Virus record (IMG/VR): IMGVR_UViG_3300025276_000002
Direction: 5' to 3' (one strand)
From: an uncultured virus (IMG/VR IMGVR_UViG_3300025276_000002)
Lineage: Duplodnaviria; Heunggongvirae; Uroviricota; Caudoviricetes
Length of the DNA stretch: 35,184 nucleotides
Shown piece after piece: positions 24,361-33,244 of the stretch; positions within the stretch are counted from its first letter, which is position 1, and each line of letters opens with the position of its first letter. The translations under genes and the position numbers were made by a program. The notes beneath the pieces are model-generated. The model saw only the letters and a program-made list of their open reading frames with translations. It was not told the DNA's origin and ran no database searches.

Positions 24361-24918
24361 ATGAATACACCAAACATCAAACGCCAAGGAGAGCTAATGC
24401 TTCACATCTGTGGAGTAAATGATATGCCTGTGAATAAGTGGATGTCCTTTTTCAAGAATGACGAAGTAGAATGGCTACTCAATACACCAGAGGGTAAGAA
24501 CATTTGCGGACGTAATCCTCTGTCTACTCAGAAGGTGATGGATATTCTGCAAGGTAATGTACCAGAAGCTCCTGTGGCAAGCTCAGACGAGGCTTCTCAG
24601 CAACCAGTACAAAGTATAAGGGTAAGTAACGAACATCCAGTACAGCGCTCCTTCCAAGCTCCTGTGGCTACTACAAGTAAACTTCCTTACATGATTGAGA
24701 CAGATAAAGGTGAGTGTTATAATGTAGACCAAGTTATGAGTCGATTAGAACCTCTCTATAATATTGATGGATTTGTTGAAATATTTAATCAAGCAATGGT
24801 TGACATCAACATCTCACCTGATATAGAATATATCTCAACGGTTAAGAAGAAGACGTTGATTAGTAAATTAAAGACATTGGCTAAGAAAGCCTTAGATGAA
24901 CGAACAGAGGAGATTTAG
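24361..24918 (+). CDS. hypothetical protein
   Basis: AAGGAG upstream; long ORF. Confidence 0.8.
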   Translation: MNTPNIKRQGELMLHICGVNDMPVNKWMSFFKNDEVEWLLNTPEGKNICGRNPLSTQKVMDILQGNVPEAPVASSDEASQQPVQSIRVSNEHPVQRSFQAPVATTSKLPYMIETDKGECYNVDQVMSRLEPLYNIDGFVEIFNQAMVDINISPDIEYISTVKKKTLISKLKTLAKKALDERTEEI

Positions 24919-24921
24919 GAT

Positions 24922-25185
24922 ATGAAGAACTTACCAGAGCTAGATATCAAGCAATATATCAAATTAGCCATCGAAGGGATGCACAAAATGGTAGACGATA
25001 ATAACATGGGGATACCATTAGAAGAGTATACAGATTTTCTTAAATCAACAGAGGGATCTATGTTTAATGCTGGATATATGATTGGAATAGGCTATCACCC
25101 TGACTCTTTGGAGGATCTGAAAAAACCTTTAGAGTCATTGGTACTTGAAGAGTTGGAAGCATTGGTTGAAGAGGAGATACAATAA
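24922..25185 (+). CDS. hypothetical protein (87 aa)
   Basis: GAGGAG RBS. Confidence 0.8.
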   Translation: MKNLPELDIKQYIKLAIEGMHKMVDDNNMGIPLEEYTDFLKSTEGSMFNAGYMIGIGYHPDSLEDLKKPLESLVLEELEALVEEEIQ

Positions 25186-26525
25186 TGGGTAATTTAAAAG
25201 TAAGTAAAATCAATATCAGTAATTTATTAGGCATTGAGGATCTAGAAATCACACCTACAGGTAATGTAGTTGAAATTAGTGGCACAAATGGTCAAGGTAA
25301 GACAAGTGTACTAGAGTCAGTAAAAGCTGCCTTAGGTATCTCAGATTACACCCGCTTACTACGCAATGGTGAAGATTCAGGTCAAGTCACTCTAGACTTA
25401 GGTGATATGAAGCTTGAGCGTAAGTATACTGAGAAAGGTGATAAGCTTAAATTGCAAGGTAAGGTTGCTGGCACAGATAGCTATAGTACATTGTCATCAC
25501 CAGCTAAACTGCTTAAAGGTTTATTTAATCCTAACAGTGTTAACCCTCTCTCACTTCTGAGTGCTAATCCAAAAGAGTTAGTTGATGTTGTACTAGCAGC
25601 TACACCTATGTCTGTGGATAATAAGCTAATGGAAGAATACACAGGTAAAACTTGGGATACAGATGAACATGCACTGACGATTCTTGATCAAGCTACTAAA
25701 GAAATCTTCACTGAGCGTACAGGTATCAATCGTGATCTTAAAACAGCCAAGACAACTTATGAGCAATTACAAGCTACATTGCCCGAGGTAATTCCTAGCA
25801 CTTCTGAGATTGAAGATGAAATTGCACAAAACAATGAAGCTATGGAGAATATTAAATCTGCATCTCGTAAAGTAGGTCGTAATGTTCGTCAAGAGTATTC
25901 AGAGCGATTACTTGCTAAAGAGGATGAAGTGTTAGCTGTAGAGGCTGATATTCAAAAGCTCCTCGAACAGATTGATGATTTAAAAGAAAACAAGGCTAGC
26001 CTACAGGGTGACTTACGAAGTCTCTCTACAGAGCGTGACACGAAAGCTGAGGCTGCTGTTGAAGCTGAACTAGCCAAGGCTGATGATTTACAAGAACGTA
26101 ATCAGCAGTTGTCTAAAGAGTTGTCAGAACTAGGCATATACGCAAACACACAGCGTCAGGTGAACGATTGGAAAGCTAAGGTGAAAGAGTATCAGAAACA
26201 GTCTGATGGCTTTACAGGTGCACTAGAGAGCTTACAGAACTATAAGCAAGACTTGTGTTCTAATCTTCCTATAGAAGGTTTAGAGATTAAAGATAGCATT
26301 CTGACGTTAGATGGTGTACCATTTGAAACACTCAATACAGCAAGCCGTGTTAAATTGGCAATCGAACTTGCTAAGCTGTCAGCAGGTGATTTAGGATTAA
26401 TTCTTATTGACAACAGCGAAGCTTTAGACAAGACTACATATGCTGAGTTTATTAAGCAAGCTAACAAGTCTGATTTGCAATTCATTGTGTCACGAGTTGC
26501 TGAGACAGATTTAACTATTAAGTAG
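25185..26525 (+). CDS. SMC/Rad50-like ABC ATPase with a central coiled coil
   Basis: Walker A GTNGQGKT, long coiled coil, degenerate signature LNTAS, Walker B ILIDNSE. Confidence 0.9.
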   Translation: MGNLKVSKINISNLLGIEDLEITPTGNVVEISGTNGQGKTSVLESVKAALGISDYTRLLRNGEDSGQVTLDLGDMKLERKYTEKGDKLKLQGKVAGTDSYSTLSSPAKLLKGLFNPNSVNPLSLLSANPKELVDVVLAATPMSVDNKLMEEYTGKTWDTDEHALTILDQATKEIFTERTGINRDLKTAKTTYEQLQATLPEVIPSTSEIEDEIAQNNEAMENIKSASRKVGRNVRQEYSERLLAKEDEVLAVEADIQKLLEQIDDLKENKASLQGDLRSLSTERDTKAEAAVEAELAKADDLQERNQQLSKELSELGIYANTQRQVNDWKAKVKEYQKQSDGFTGALESLQNYKQDLCSNLPIEGLEIKDSILTLDGVPFETLNTASRVKLAIELAKLSAGDLGLILIDNSEALDKTTYAEFIKQANKSDLQFIVSRVAETDLTIK

Positions 26526-26535
26526 GAGGATTATT

Positions 26536-26724
26536 ATGTTTAGTTTATCAAAAGTTCAGACATTTGAACTAACAGATTTAGTAGGAAGACGTTTATACAT
26601 TACCAGTTTGAAAGATGAAGGAGGAGAAGGTACTTTGACCTCAGCGTTTGATATGGACAGTGGTGAAGTTTTCGTTTTAAAATATAAACAGGTTGATAAG
26701 AAAGATATTTGTTATGAGTCATGA
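26536..26724 (+). CDS. hypothetical protein (62 aa)
   Basis: AGGAGG RBS. Confidence 0.75.
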   Translation: MFSLSKVQTFELTDLVGRRLYITSLKDEGGEGTLTSAFDMDSGEVFVLKYKQVDKKDICYES

Positions 26725-26953
26725 AAAACTGAGAATACTTGCAGAAACAACTTTAGATGGGTTTCCTGACTTAAGTGTTGAAAGATTTATAGAAGATGCT
26801 GTAGAAGAATGGGATGATCTTTTAGATGATCTGATTTCGATATATACTCTTCATCTAGGAGAAAACACTTCCTGTCTATTTGATTCTAAACATAGAGTTC
26901 TTTGCGAGAAGTTTAAAGACATTTTGGAGAAGTATGATGGGCGTAACAAGTAA
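26714..26953 (+). CDS. hypothetical protein
   Basis: ATG 26714 in the track ORF 26693..26953. Confidence 0.65.
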   Translation: MSHEKLRILAETTLDGFPDLSVERFIEDAVEEWDDLLDDLISIYTLHLGENTSCLFDSKHRVLCEKFKDILEKYDGRNK

Positions 26954-27239
26954 AAGAGGTTTTAAGAAGGGCTATGTAATTCCTGCCAATGCAGAGAATG
27001 TACGTACAGCTAAGCAGCGTAAAGTTGTTGACCCCATAGCTTACAAACCTCCTGAGGATAGACGGGCTTATAAGGTGATTGAGATTATTACTAAGCCTTT
27101 TAAAGAACATGATATGTGGTGGAGATTGATTAAGGTTCAGAAAGCTGATAATTACCGAATCACAGGTATGACAGATGAAATGTTCCTGACCAAAGAAGCT
27201 GCATTGAAATTAAAAATAGGTGATGTTGTTCACCGATGA
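26934..27239 (+). CDS. basic hypothetical protein
   Basis: GGAG RBS before ATG ATG at 26934. Confidence 0.7.
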   Translation: MMGVTSKRGFKKGYVIPANAENVRTAKQRKVVDPIAYKPPEDRRAYKVIEIITKPFKEHDMWWRLIKVQKADNYRITGMTDEMFLTKEAALKLKIGDVVHR

Positions 27240-27246
27240 TACACAG

Positions 27247-27280
27247 AAGCCCTCAGACACGTTCTAAGGGCTTTTATTTT
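27247..27280 (+). terminator. terminator-like hairpin
   Basis: AAGCCCT...AGGGCTT followed by TTATTTT. Confidence 0.55.
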
Positions 27281-27292
27281 AAGGAGGTACGT

Positions 27293-27808
27293 TTGCTCAA
27301 CTTAAGGAAGATAATCGATTACAGTCTAGCAGCATTACTTCTAGGACTATCTATGACATGTAATGCTGGTGACTCTACAAAGTACATACATGATTGCGAT
27401 TACAAAGACAGACAGACACCTTTGACAGCACTTGCTTGTAACATATATTGGGAGGCTCGTGGAGAGTCACTGTCTGGTGCCTTATCTGTAGGGTTTGTGA
27501 CGCTTAACAGGTCTGATTCAGGAAGGTTTCCTGATGGAATAGTTGATGTTGTATATCAACCTTGGCAATTCAGTTGGCACAAAGATGGTAAGTCTGATAA
27601 AGTATATGATAGAGATTCTTGGTTGAAGGTCTTACATATTAGTGTATACTTGCTGGGGATTAAAGATGAAGATTATCACTATGTGGATATTACAGAGGGT
27701 AGTTTATTCTATCACAGTAAGAAGGTAAGTCCTGTGTGGGCGAGTGAAGATAATGTTGTGGTGACTATTGACAATCATTTGTTCTACAAGAAAGACCTTA
27801 AGAAGTGA
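27293..27808 (+). CDS. SleB-like cell wall hydrolase (Hydrolase_2) with a signal/TM segment
   Basis: LACNIYWEARGE, V..V.LNR...RFP, VVYQP.QFSW, I.NH.FY; AGGAGG RBS before TTG 27293. Confidence 0.9.
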   Translation: MLNLRKIIDYSLAALLLGLSMTCNAGDSTKYIHDCDYKDRQTPLTALACNIYWEARGESLSGALSVGFVTLNRSDSGRFPDGIVDVVYQPWQFSWHKDGKSDKVYDRDSWLKVLHISVYLLGIKDEDYHYVDITEGSLFYHSKKVSPVWASEDNVVVTIDNHLFYKKDLKK

Positions 27809-27814
27809 TTTTCG

Positions 27815-27850
27815 AAAAATAGCCCAACCAATTACGGTTGGGCATATATT
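27815..27850. terminator. terminator between convergent blocks
   Basis: GCCCAACC-loop-GGTTGGGC with A/T tails. Confidence 0.8.
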
Positions 27851-27851
27851 A

Positions 27852-28274
27852 TTACTTTCTTCCTAGCACTTTTAATATAAAACCTGCAAACCCTTTGACT
27901 GGTGTTACAATTAATATATTTATAGTATCCGATACAACTCTCTTAACAAATTCAAATGTCTTCGCTGGAGTAGGTATTGCCCATCCTGCTAAGAGTGCAA
28001 ATAATAACAACTCTAGTTTAGACATCCCTTGGGTTATATTCTCAATCTTATCTGCTGTATAGTTAGTATCATTTGTTATTGAATCAGCTTCCTGCTTGAC
28101 CTCAGTCTTGCCTTCCTCAACCTTGATATTGTTCTTCTCCTGCTCATTAGTCTTGCCGATTTGGGCATTAACCTCTAAACTAGGCTTATCTGGGCTGAGA
28201 ATATCTAAAGGATTAAGAGAGGCACAAGATACCATCAGGAGAGCTGTAAGGGCTAACAGGATAGGTTTAAACAC
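27852..28274 (-). CDS. unimolecular spanin-like lipoprotein (T1 gp11-like architecture)
   Basis: Lipobox MVS-C, EVNAQIGKTNEQ segment, C-terminal hydrophobic segments; follows the endolysin. Confidence 0.75.
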   Translation of the reverse strand: MFKPILLALTALLMVSCASLNPLDILSPDKPSLEVNAQIGKTNEQEKNNIKVEEGKTEVKQEADSITNDTNYTADKIENITQGMSKLELLLFALLAGWAIPTPAKTFEFVKRVVSDTINILIVTPVKGFAGFILKVLGRK

Positions 28275-28285
28275 ATTACACCTCC

Positions 28286-28870
28286 TTACGTCTTACTTAA
28301 TGACAGTATCCTTGCAGCGTGTCGTTCTATACGCTTAGGTGTTTGTTTGTAAAGTGCAGAGTCTAATACTTCACCTGCTGCTAATTGATATTCCTTATTC
28401 TTTAGATGAAGAAGTGTCTGCTGAAACTTAGCTAACCTGTTTTCTCCTAACTGGAAGGTCATATTAACAAGTATTAACTTAACTTCACCCTCTGCCCACG
28501 GATAACGCTTTTCAACATTCTCCTTAGCATATCTGTAATCCTTCATCAAAAGCTCAATTGCCTGATGGGATGTGATACATTGTGGTAAGTTATCTCTTTC
28601 TAAGACTAGATGACCTACACCGATTGTAGCGTTTCCCAAGGAATCTTTGTACTGGCAAAGCCTTAAACTTTCATCATTGAATATCTGTGAAGTCTCTTCT
28701 TTCTCTATACGCTGCTCAGTTATACCTGATAAGTCTTCATATATGGGCTTTAATTCGGCCTGTATGAAGAAATAACCAAGAACTAATACTAACACACTGA
28801 GTAGTGAATTAAACGTCCTGTGGACCGTCTGAGAGCGTTCTAGTGATTCATATTCTTCTTTAGTTATCAT
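28286..28870 (-). CDS. T4-type (GH24) lysozyme endolysin with an N-terminal TM (SAR-like)
   Basis: E-X8-D-X5-T triad in ESLRLCQYKDSLGNAT, then IGVGH, NM.FQLG and QTP.R; TM SLLSVLVLVLGYFFI. Confidence 0.92.
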   Translation of the reverse strand: MITKEEYESLERSQTVHRTFNSLLSVLVLVLGYFFIQAELKPIYEDLSGITEQRIEKEETSQIFNDESLRLCQYKDSLGNATIGVGHLVLERDNLPQCITSHQAIELLMKDYRYAKENVEKRYPWAEGEVKLILVNMTFQLGENRLAKFQQTLLHLKNKEYQLAAGEVLDSALYKQTPKRIERHAARILSLSKT

Positions 28871-29375
28871 CTCTTCTCTTATTTTGGTTCACAACATTAA
28901 CTAGGAACTCCTTTACCTCCATAAGTTGTAGTTGATTACGTCCTTCCATAGACCGTATCTCTCCCATTATTGTAAGAGTATCTTCTCTTGACTTTTGGGC
29001 TAATTCAATGACACTATCCTTTGTTGCAGATAGATCACTCTTGATTATATTTAATGACTCATCCATCTTATCAGTCTTCTCTTGCTGATGGAGATGATCT
29101 CTTTCAAGAAGTGTGACACGTTCTTTTGTATCACGACAGTCATCTTTATTATGAGTAACATTGGTACTGACTATTTGTGCAGTATCCTCCAACTCACCCT
29201 TTACTGTATTAATTCTGGTATATAAATCTTCCCTAGTTTTGGAAAGTTGGGTATTGAACCACCATGCGGCAGAACATCCAGCTAGAAGGGCAGATAAAAC
29301 TACCCCCACTAGCCACACTATCATCTTTATATCCTCAAAAGAAATACCAGCCTGTTGTGCTGTAGGTGTCGGCAT
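28860..29375 (-). CDS. putative holin (single TM plus coiled coil)
   Basis: N-terminal TM; directly upstream of and overlapping the endolysin. Confidence 0.55.
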   Translation of the reverse strand: MPTPTAQQAGISFEDIKMIVWLVGVVLSALLAGCSAAWWFNTQLSKTREDLYTRINTVKGELEDTAQIVSTNVTHNKDDCRDTKERVTLLERDHLHQQEKTDKMDESLNIIKSDLSATKDSVIELAQKSREDTLTIMGEIRSMEGRNQLQLMEVKEFLVNVVNQNKRRDDN

Positions 29376-29395
29376 TTTCCTCCCGTTATCCTATT

Positions 29396-29686
29396 CTATG
29401 TATTTTCCTCCAATTCTCTGAAGTACTTAACTATTTCCTGTGTTTGGGTAAGGCTGCATATAAATGGACCCTTTTCTAAGTCACTTATTGATCTAATTGT
29501 TTCATCAGGATCTAGATACTTGAACTTAACATCAGAGTATTCTGCTTCAAGCTTTGGTAAGTCTTTCCTTGTAAAAACCAATAAACGATAGCCACCATAC
29601 AGAGGCGCGTCAGGCCATCTAGATATTAGTGACTCTTGCCAAGATTCAGGCGTTACGAATGCGTATTTTTGATTAGCTATTGACAT
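29396..29686 (-). CDS. hypothetical late protein
   Basis: GGAG RBS; TAATG coupling. Confidence 0.75.
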   Translation of the reverse strand: MSIANQKYAFVTPESWQESLISRWPDAPLYGGYRLLVFTRKDLPKLEAEYSDVKFKYLDPDETIRSISDLEKGPFICSLTQTQEIVKYFRELEENT

Positions 29687-30294
29687 TACACACTCTCCCA
29701 TACATCATCGGTGTAGTTAGGCATGAACGCATCGACATCACCTACTGTTGCAAGTTGGTTTGCACCTTGCTCTTTATTTGTAAGTGGTATGTTATTTACA
29801 ATTATCCCCCCTCTCTCTACTTCAAACTCATGGATTGAGCCACTTAAAAAATACTGTGCCCCGTTATCGTTGGCGCACAGACTATCCACGTAAAACTCTT
29901 TTACTACAGAAAACTCGATAGTATGTGTTCCGCCATCCATAGAAAATTGGGTAGTGTCAACACCATCTATAAGAGTTTCTAGCTTGTTATCTCTTACTAC
30001 AACCGCAGGGTCATCAACTGTAACTGAGTCTATGTATACCCTAGAGGCCCTATTCACCCCGTTATCACCAAACATCATTTCAGCGACGCGAGATATTGAT
30101 GTGAGGTACGAAATCTTAAAAGTAACCACATCGCCGACATATAGTGTTATACCTCGGCTCAATACCCAATACTGACTAAGCCCATCAAGCCTAGCAACGG
30201 ACTTGACAACAGGCTCTTGATCAAAAGGTATATAACTTTTTAAACTGGTATAGTTTTGTAAAACCTCTCCATAATTTTTCTGAATTACATACAT
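29686..30294 (-). CDS. putative virion protein, beta-rich (lectin/LamG-like)
   Basis: LDG..QYW.L ... F.SG.I.EF pattern; late block. Confidence 0.6.
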   Translation of the reverse strand: MYVIQKNYGEVLQNYTSLKSYIPFDQEPVVKSVARLDGLSQYWVLSRGITLYVGDVVTFKISYLTSISRVAEMMFGDNGVNRASRVYIDSVTVDDPAVVVRDNKLETLIDGVDTTQFSMDGGTHTIEFSVVKEFYVDSLCANDNGAQYFLSGSIHEFEVERGGIIVNNIPLTNKEQGANQLATVGDVDAFMPNYTDDVWESV

Positions 30295-30833
30295 TATTTC
30301 CTCGCTTTATGTATTCTTGATATCATATATCTGATATCATATATTGATGTATTCCCTCTAACACTTTCATAATATAATTGACCACCATTTGTCACGAAAT
30401 CTGTTCCTGAAAACAGTAACTCTGTAACAACAAATGTCCTTGCATTATTGACACCTATACCTCTGGGAAATGTAACAGGGATATCTAAAATAGGTTCGTC
30501 TTGACCTATATCAAGTGTGATTTCTCCATATCCTGTGTTAGAGGTTGTATATCTTTTAAAACTTATCCTCAACAAGTAAGCATCTCCGTTTTCATGAGGA
30601 GTGAGTTTATTATCTAAGCCGTTATATAGAGGATCTGTTTCGAGAGGGATCTGTGAACTAATCCCTTCTTGAGCATTATCAGGTATTACAAGTCTCTCAT
30701 CAGAAAGGATGACGAATGGATTATCCACATCATGATCTGTATCTGAATATGTAACCCACCCAGTCATTTCCTGAGCATACCCTTGTATAGATTCTTTACT
30801 TATAGGGACACCATAATTAGAAGTAGTACCCAT
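30294..30833 (-). CDS. putative virion protein
   Basis: AAGGAG RBS before ATG 30833; beta-rich. Confidence 0.7.
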   Translation of the reverse strand: MGTTSNYGVPISKESIQGYAQEMTGWVTYSDTDHDVDNPFVILSDERLVIPDNAQEGISSQIPLETDPLYNGLDNKLTPHENGDAYLLRISFKRYTTSNTGYGEITLDIGQDEPILDIPVTFPRGIGVNNARTFVVTELLFSGTDFVTNGGQLYYESVRGNTSIYDIRYMISRIHKARK

Positions 30834-30843
30834 ACATATCTCC

Positions 30844-31236
30844 TTATGATCTCCCCACAATTGTAATTGCTATATGAGTAGATCCAGTGATAGTATTAAA
30901 TGTAGGTTTTAGTGTTGACATTAAAATATCTGTTGTGATAAAGCTGGGACCTGCTAAGTCTATCTCTCCATCTGGAAGATCATAGAATTCAAACGTTCCT
31001 AGAGGACTTGCAGCCAAGCTCACAGTGCCTGTCATTAAGCCCTTAGCCACTGCATTCTCTTTAGTCAAAAGTGCATTAGGATCGCTCTCTATGAGTCCTG
31101 TGTCACCTGCTGAAACATTCAGTGGTTGTGTTGTTATTGTTATATTTGGAAGACTAGAGTCAACAGTCATAGCTGCTGGATCCATATCACCTACTTCATA
31201 TATCTTTGTATACTTAGATACGATATTGTTAGACAT
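30844..31236 (-). CDS. putative virion protein
   Basis: AGGAG RBS; Thr/Ser-rich. Confidence 0.7.
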   Translation of the reverse strand: MSNNIVSKYTKIYEVGDMDPAAMTVDSSLPNITITTQPLNVSAGDTGLIESDPNALLTKENAVAKGLMTGTVSLAASPLGTFEFYDLPDGEIDLAGPSFITTDILMSTLKPTFNTITGSTHIAITIVGRS

Positions 31237-31248
31237 TCTATACTCCTA

Positions 31249-31755
31249 TTATTTAGACCAAATATCTGTCATATTCTCAACAGCTAATTTATGAGCTTCA
31301 ATTATCTCTGCTGCTGTACATTCAACCATTACACCACTTCCCACATCCGCTGTTGACCAAGGGATTGATTCTACACTGTGCTCTTTAATATAAGTCACAG
31401 CGTTGTGCAAGCGTAGAATGCTTTTCTCATTAGCATCGAAGTTTTTACCTGTTGATGTTGTGACAATTGCTGCATCTAATTGTGATTGACGGCTAGCTTT
31501 AAACAGCTCAATTTCACGCGATGCAATTTCTTCGTCTGTATCACCTTCGACAGTAATTTTACCTTTTGATAATTGAGTCTGAAATTTAGACCAAATATCA
31601 ACAGTATCCTCACCATCAACACGCGTCATACCTTCACGTAAAAAGCCGCTATGAGTTGTATCACCATCTTTAAAAGACCAACCTACCGAGCCGTCATCGT
31701 TTTGCTTGTATTTATCGACTAGCAAAAAGTCGTTATCATTTATGAATTTTAGCAT
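31249..31755 (-). CDS. tail fibre assembly/chaperone-like protein (DUF4376-like)
   Basis: FK..R.......V....FDA.E.S..R.......W..AD...V.CT..E..EA pattern; follows the fibre gene. Confidence 0.75.
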   Translation of the reverse strand: MLKFINDNDFLLVDKYKQNDDGSVGWSFKDGDTTHSGFLREGMTRVDGEDTVDIWSKFQTQLSKGKITVEGDTDEEIASREIELFKASRQSQLDAAIVTTSTGKNFDANEKSILRLHNAVTYIKEHSVESIPWSTADVGSGVMVECTAAEIIEAHKLAVENMTDIWSK

Positions 31756-32819
31756 TAGAAGTTCACCGTTATTTTTGCATCCGAGCTATCTGTAGAAAGT
31801 ATAATTGGTTCATCAACAGGAACACTGTCTAATGGGTTTACCTGCAAGAATACAGCTTTATTGCTTGACTGTGGTCGCATAATAATATCGCTTATACCAG
31901 ATGATATAACAGAGTTTCCAGCGCGGCTTATTATCTTAAAAGTGCCCTCAACGGTAATACTTGTAGGTGATGTTTTTGAGTTTATAGGTAGTACAATGTA
32001 GCAGTTTACCGAACTCCTAGTCCATCCGTGAGCTATCCAATCATCACCGCCGTCACCACCAAATTCATTAAAATTAGTGTTTCCGCTGTGGTACATTTCA
32101 ACCCAATCTTCATAAGGGGTTGCGGTTGATCTTTTTGTTCTAAACAGTATCTTATTCAACTCTGAAGAAGATCTAGAAAAGTACCATTGGTGTGATGTGC
32201 TATTTTGAACACCTGCAATTGGAAGCAGGGTGCCAAAGCCGCTACTTTCTGGCAAATCTCCTGTAGATTCTGAAATTTCAACAGGAATTACCATCATAGG
32301 AAGCCTAACATCACCAAAATCAACGCCTACGCTTGGCCCTGCATTTTCTGAACCCCAGCCACCATACCCAACAGTAAGCAACCTTCCTGCTGTTGTATCT
32401 GTAGTGCTTGTTACAATATTCTTGCTAGCCGCTGTGCCTGTGTTAAAGTCAATAGCTTGCTTAGTTTTCAAAGGTGTCATTATCTTTTCGTCATCAGCAC
32501 CTTCTTGCGCTTCAACTGTGCTAGCAACTGATAATGTATCTATAACACGTCTTAACTCTGCTGTAGCTTCTGCAAAACTTGCATCTGTAGGGTAGGCTAC
32601 TAGTGGTTGGTTTGTTTTTGTCGAGTAAGGCCATGGCTTTGCTAGCTGTATTACCTTATTGCTCCCTGTATCTATATATGCCTTTAGTACTTCAACAGGA
32701 CTAGAGTCCTCAAAGACCAATCCTGATTTTTCTTGAACAATGGAAATATCATCTCCAGTTGTTATTGTTACAACATCTGAGCCATTTGTGACTGATGCTG
32801 ATGTAGCTGTATACCACAT
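31755..32819 (-). CDS. tail fibre protein
   Basis: N-terminal WY..T.SVTNGS; MTPLKT; GTAA..N..TS.TDTTAGRLL.VG.GG.G; W...YH.GN motifs. Confidence 0.88.
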   Translation of the reverse strand: MWYTATSASVTNGSDVVTITTGDDISIVQEKSGLVFEDSSPVEVLKAYIDTGSNKVIQLAKPWPYSTKTNQPLVAYPTDASFAEATAELRRVIDTLSVASTVEAQEGADDEKIMTPLKTKQAIDFNTGTAASKNIVTSTTDTTAGRLLTVGYGGWGSENAGPSVGVDFGDVRLPMMVIPVEISESTGDLPESSGFGTLLPIAGVQNSTSHQWYFSRSSSELNKILFRTKRSTATPYEDWVEMYHSGNTNFNEFGGDGGDDWIAHGWTRSSVNCYIVLPINSKTSPTSITVEGTFKIISRAGNSVISSGISDIIMRPQSSNKAVFLQVNPLDSVPVDEPIILSTDSSDAKITVNF

Positions 32820-32872
32820 AAATTTGTTCTCCTCTTTGTTTAGTTAAAGTATACACTTCCTTGTGCATTTGT

Positions 32873-33193
32873 TTACTTGTGATAATCACCATAAAGGCAG
32901 TGCATAAGTTCATGGCCCAATGTTAGTGCATATTTACCATCCAGATTTATTTTACCTTTAGACATTATGTTTAGCCTACACTCATTTTCTGGGTCATTTA
33001 AATAGTATTTAGCTTCCCCTGCTTTACCTTTCCTTTTAAAGCCTTCTTTTCTTGAAAATTGACTCGCCTCCGTCCTAATAACTTTAACCTTTAGTCACTG
33101 ATCCTCTTTGTTAAACTCTTTTTCTATAAAGGTGGATTGGCATCCAGTCAGTATTGCTGAGGAAAAAATAACAGCTAACGATAAATTTTTCAT
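32873..33193 (-). pseudogene. lipoprotein with an HEXXH motif, interrupted by in-frame TGA at codon 33 (pseudogene, readthrough or sequence error)
   Basis: MKNLSLAVIFSSAILTG-C QSTFIEKEFNKEDQ*LKVKVIRTEASQFSRKEGFKRKGKAGEAKYYLNDPENECRLNIMSKGKINLDGKYALTLGHELMHCLYGDYHK; AGGAG RBS. Confidence 0.8.
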
Positions 33194-33244
33194 ACTTTAA
33201 TCTCCTGAATATATTATTGAAATACTGTTATAGCACAATATTGG

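Noticed and set aside
27236..27292. N-terminal extension of the SleB-like ORF
   Set aside because: It overlaps a terminator-like hairpin, and a strong AGGAGG precedes TTG 27293.
28809..28845. aaacgtcctgtggaccgtctgagagcgtt (and 27247-27275) resembling the left arm of the two-armed elements
   Set aside because: One lies inside the endolysin CDS and the other is a hairpin, and neither has a convincing right arm; kept only as possible extra copies.
33095..33097. Genome-wide UGA recoding
   Set aside because: Many genes end in TGA with ATGA or TGATG coupling, long genes are intact in code 11, and no suppressor tRNA is seen in the window.
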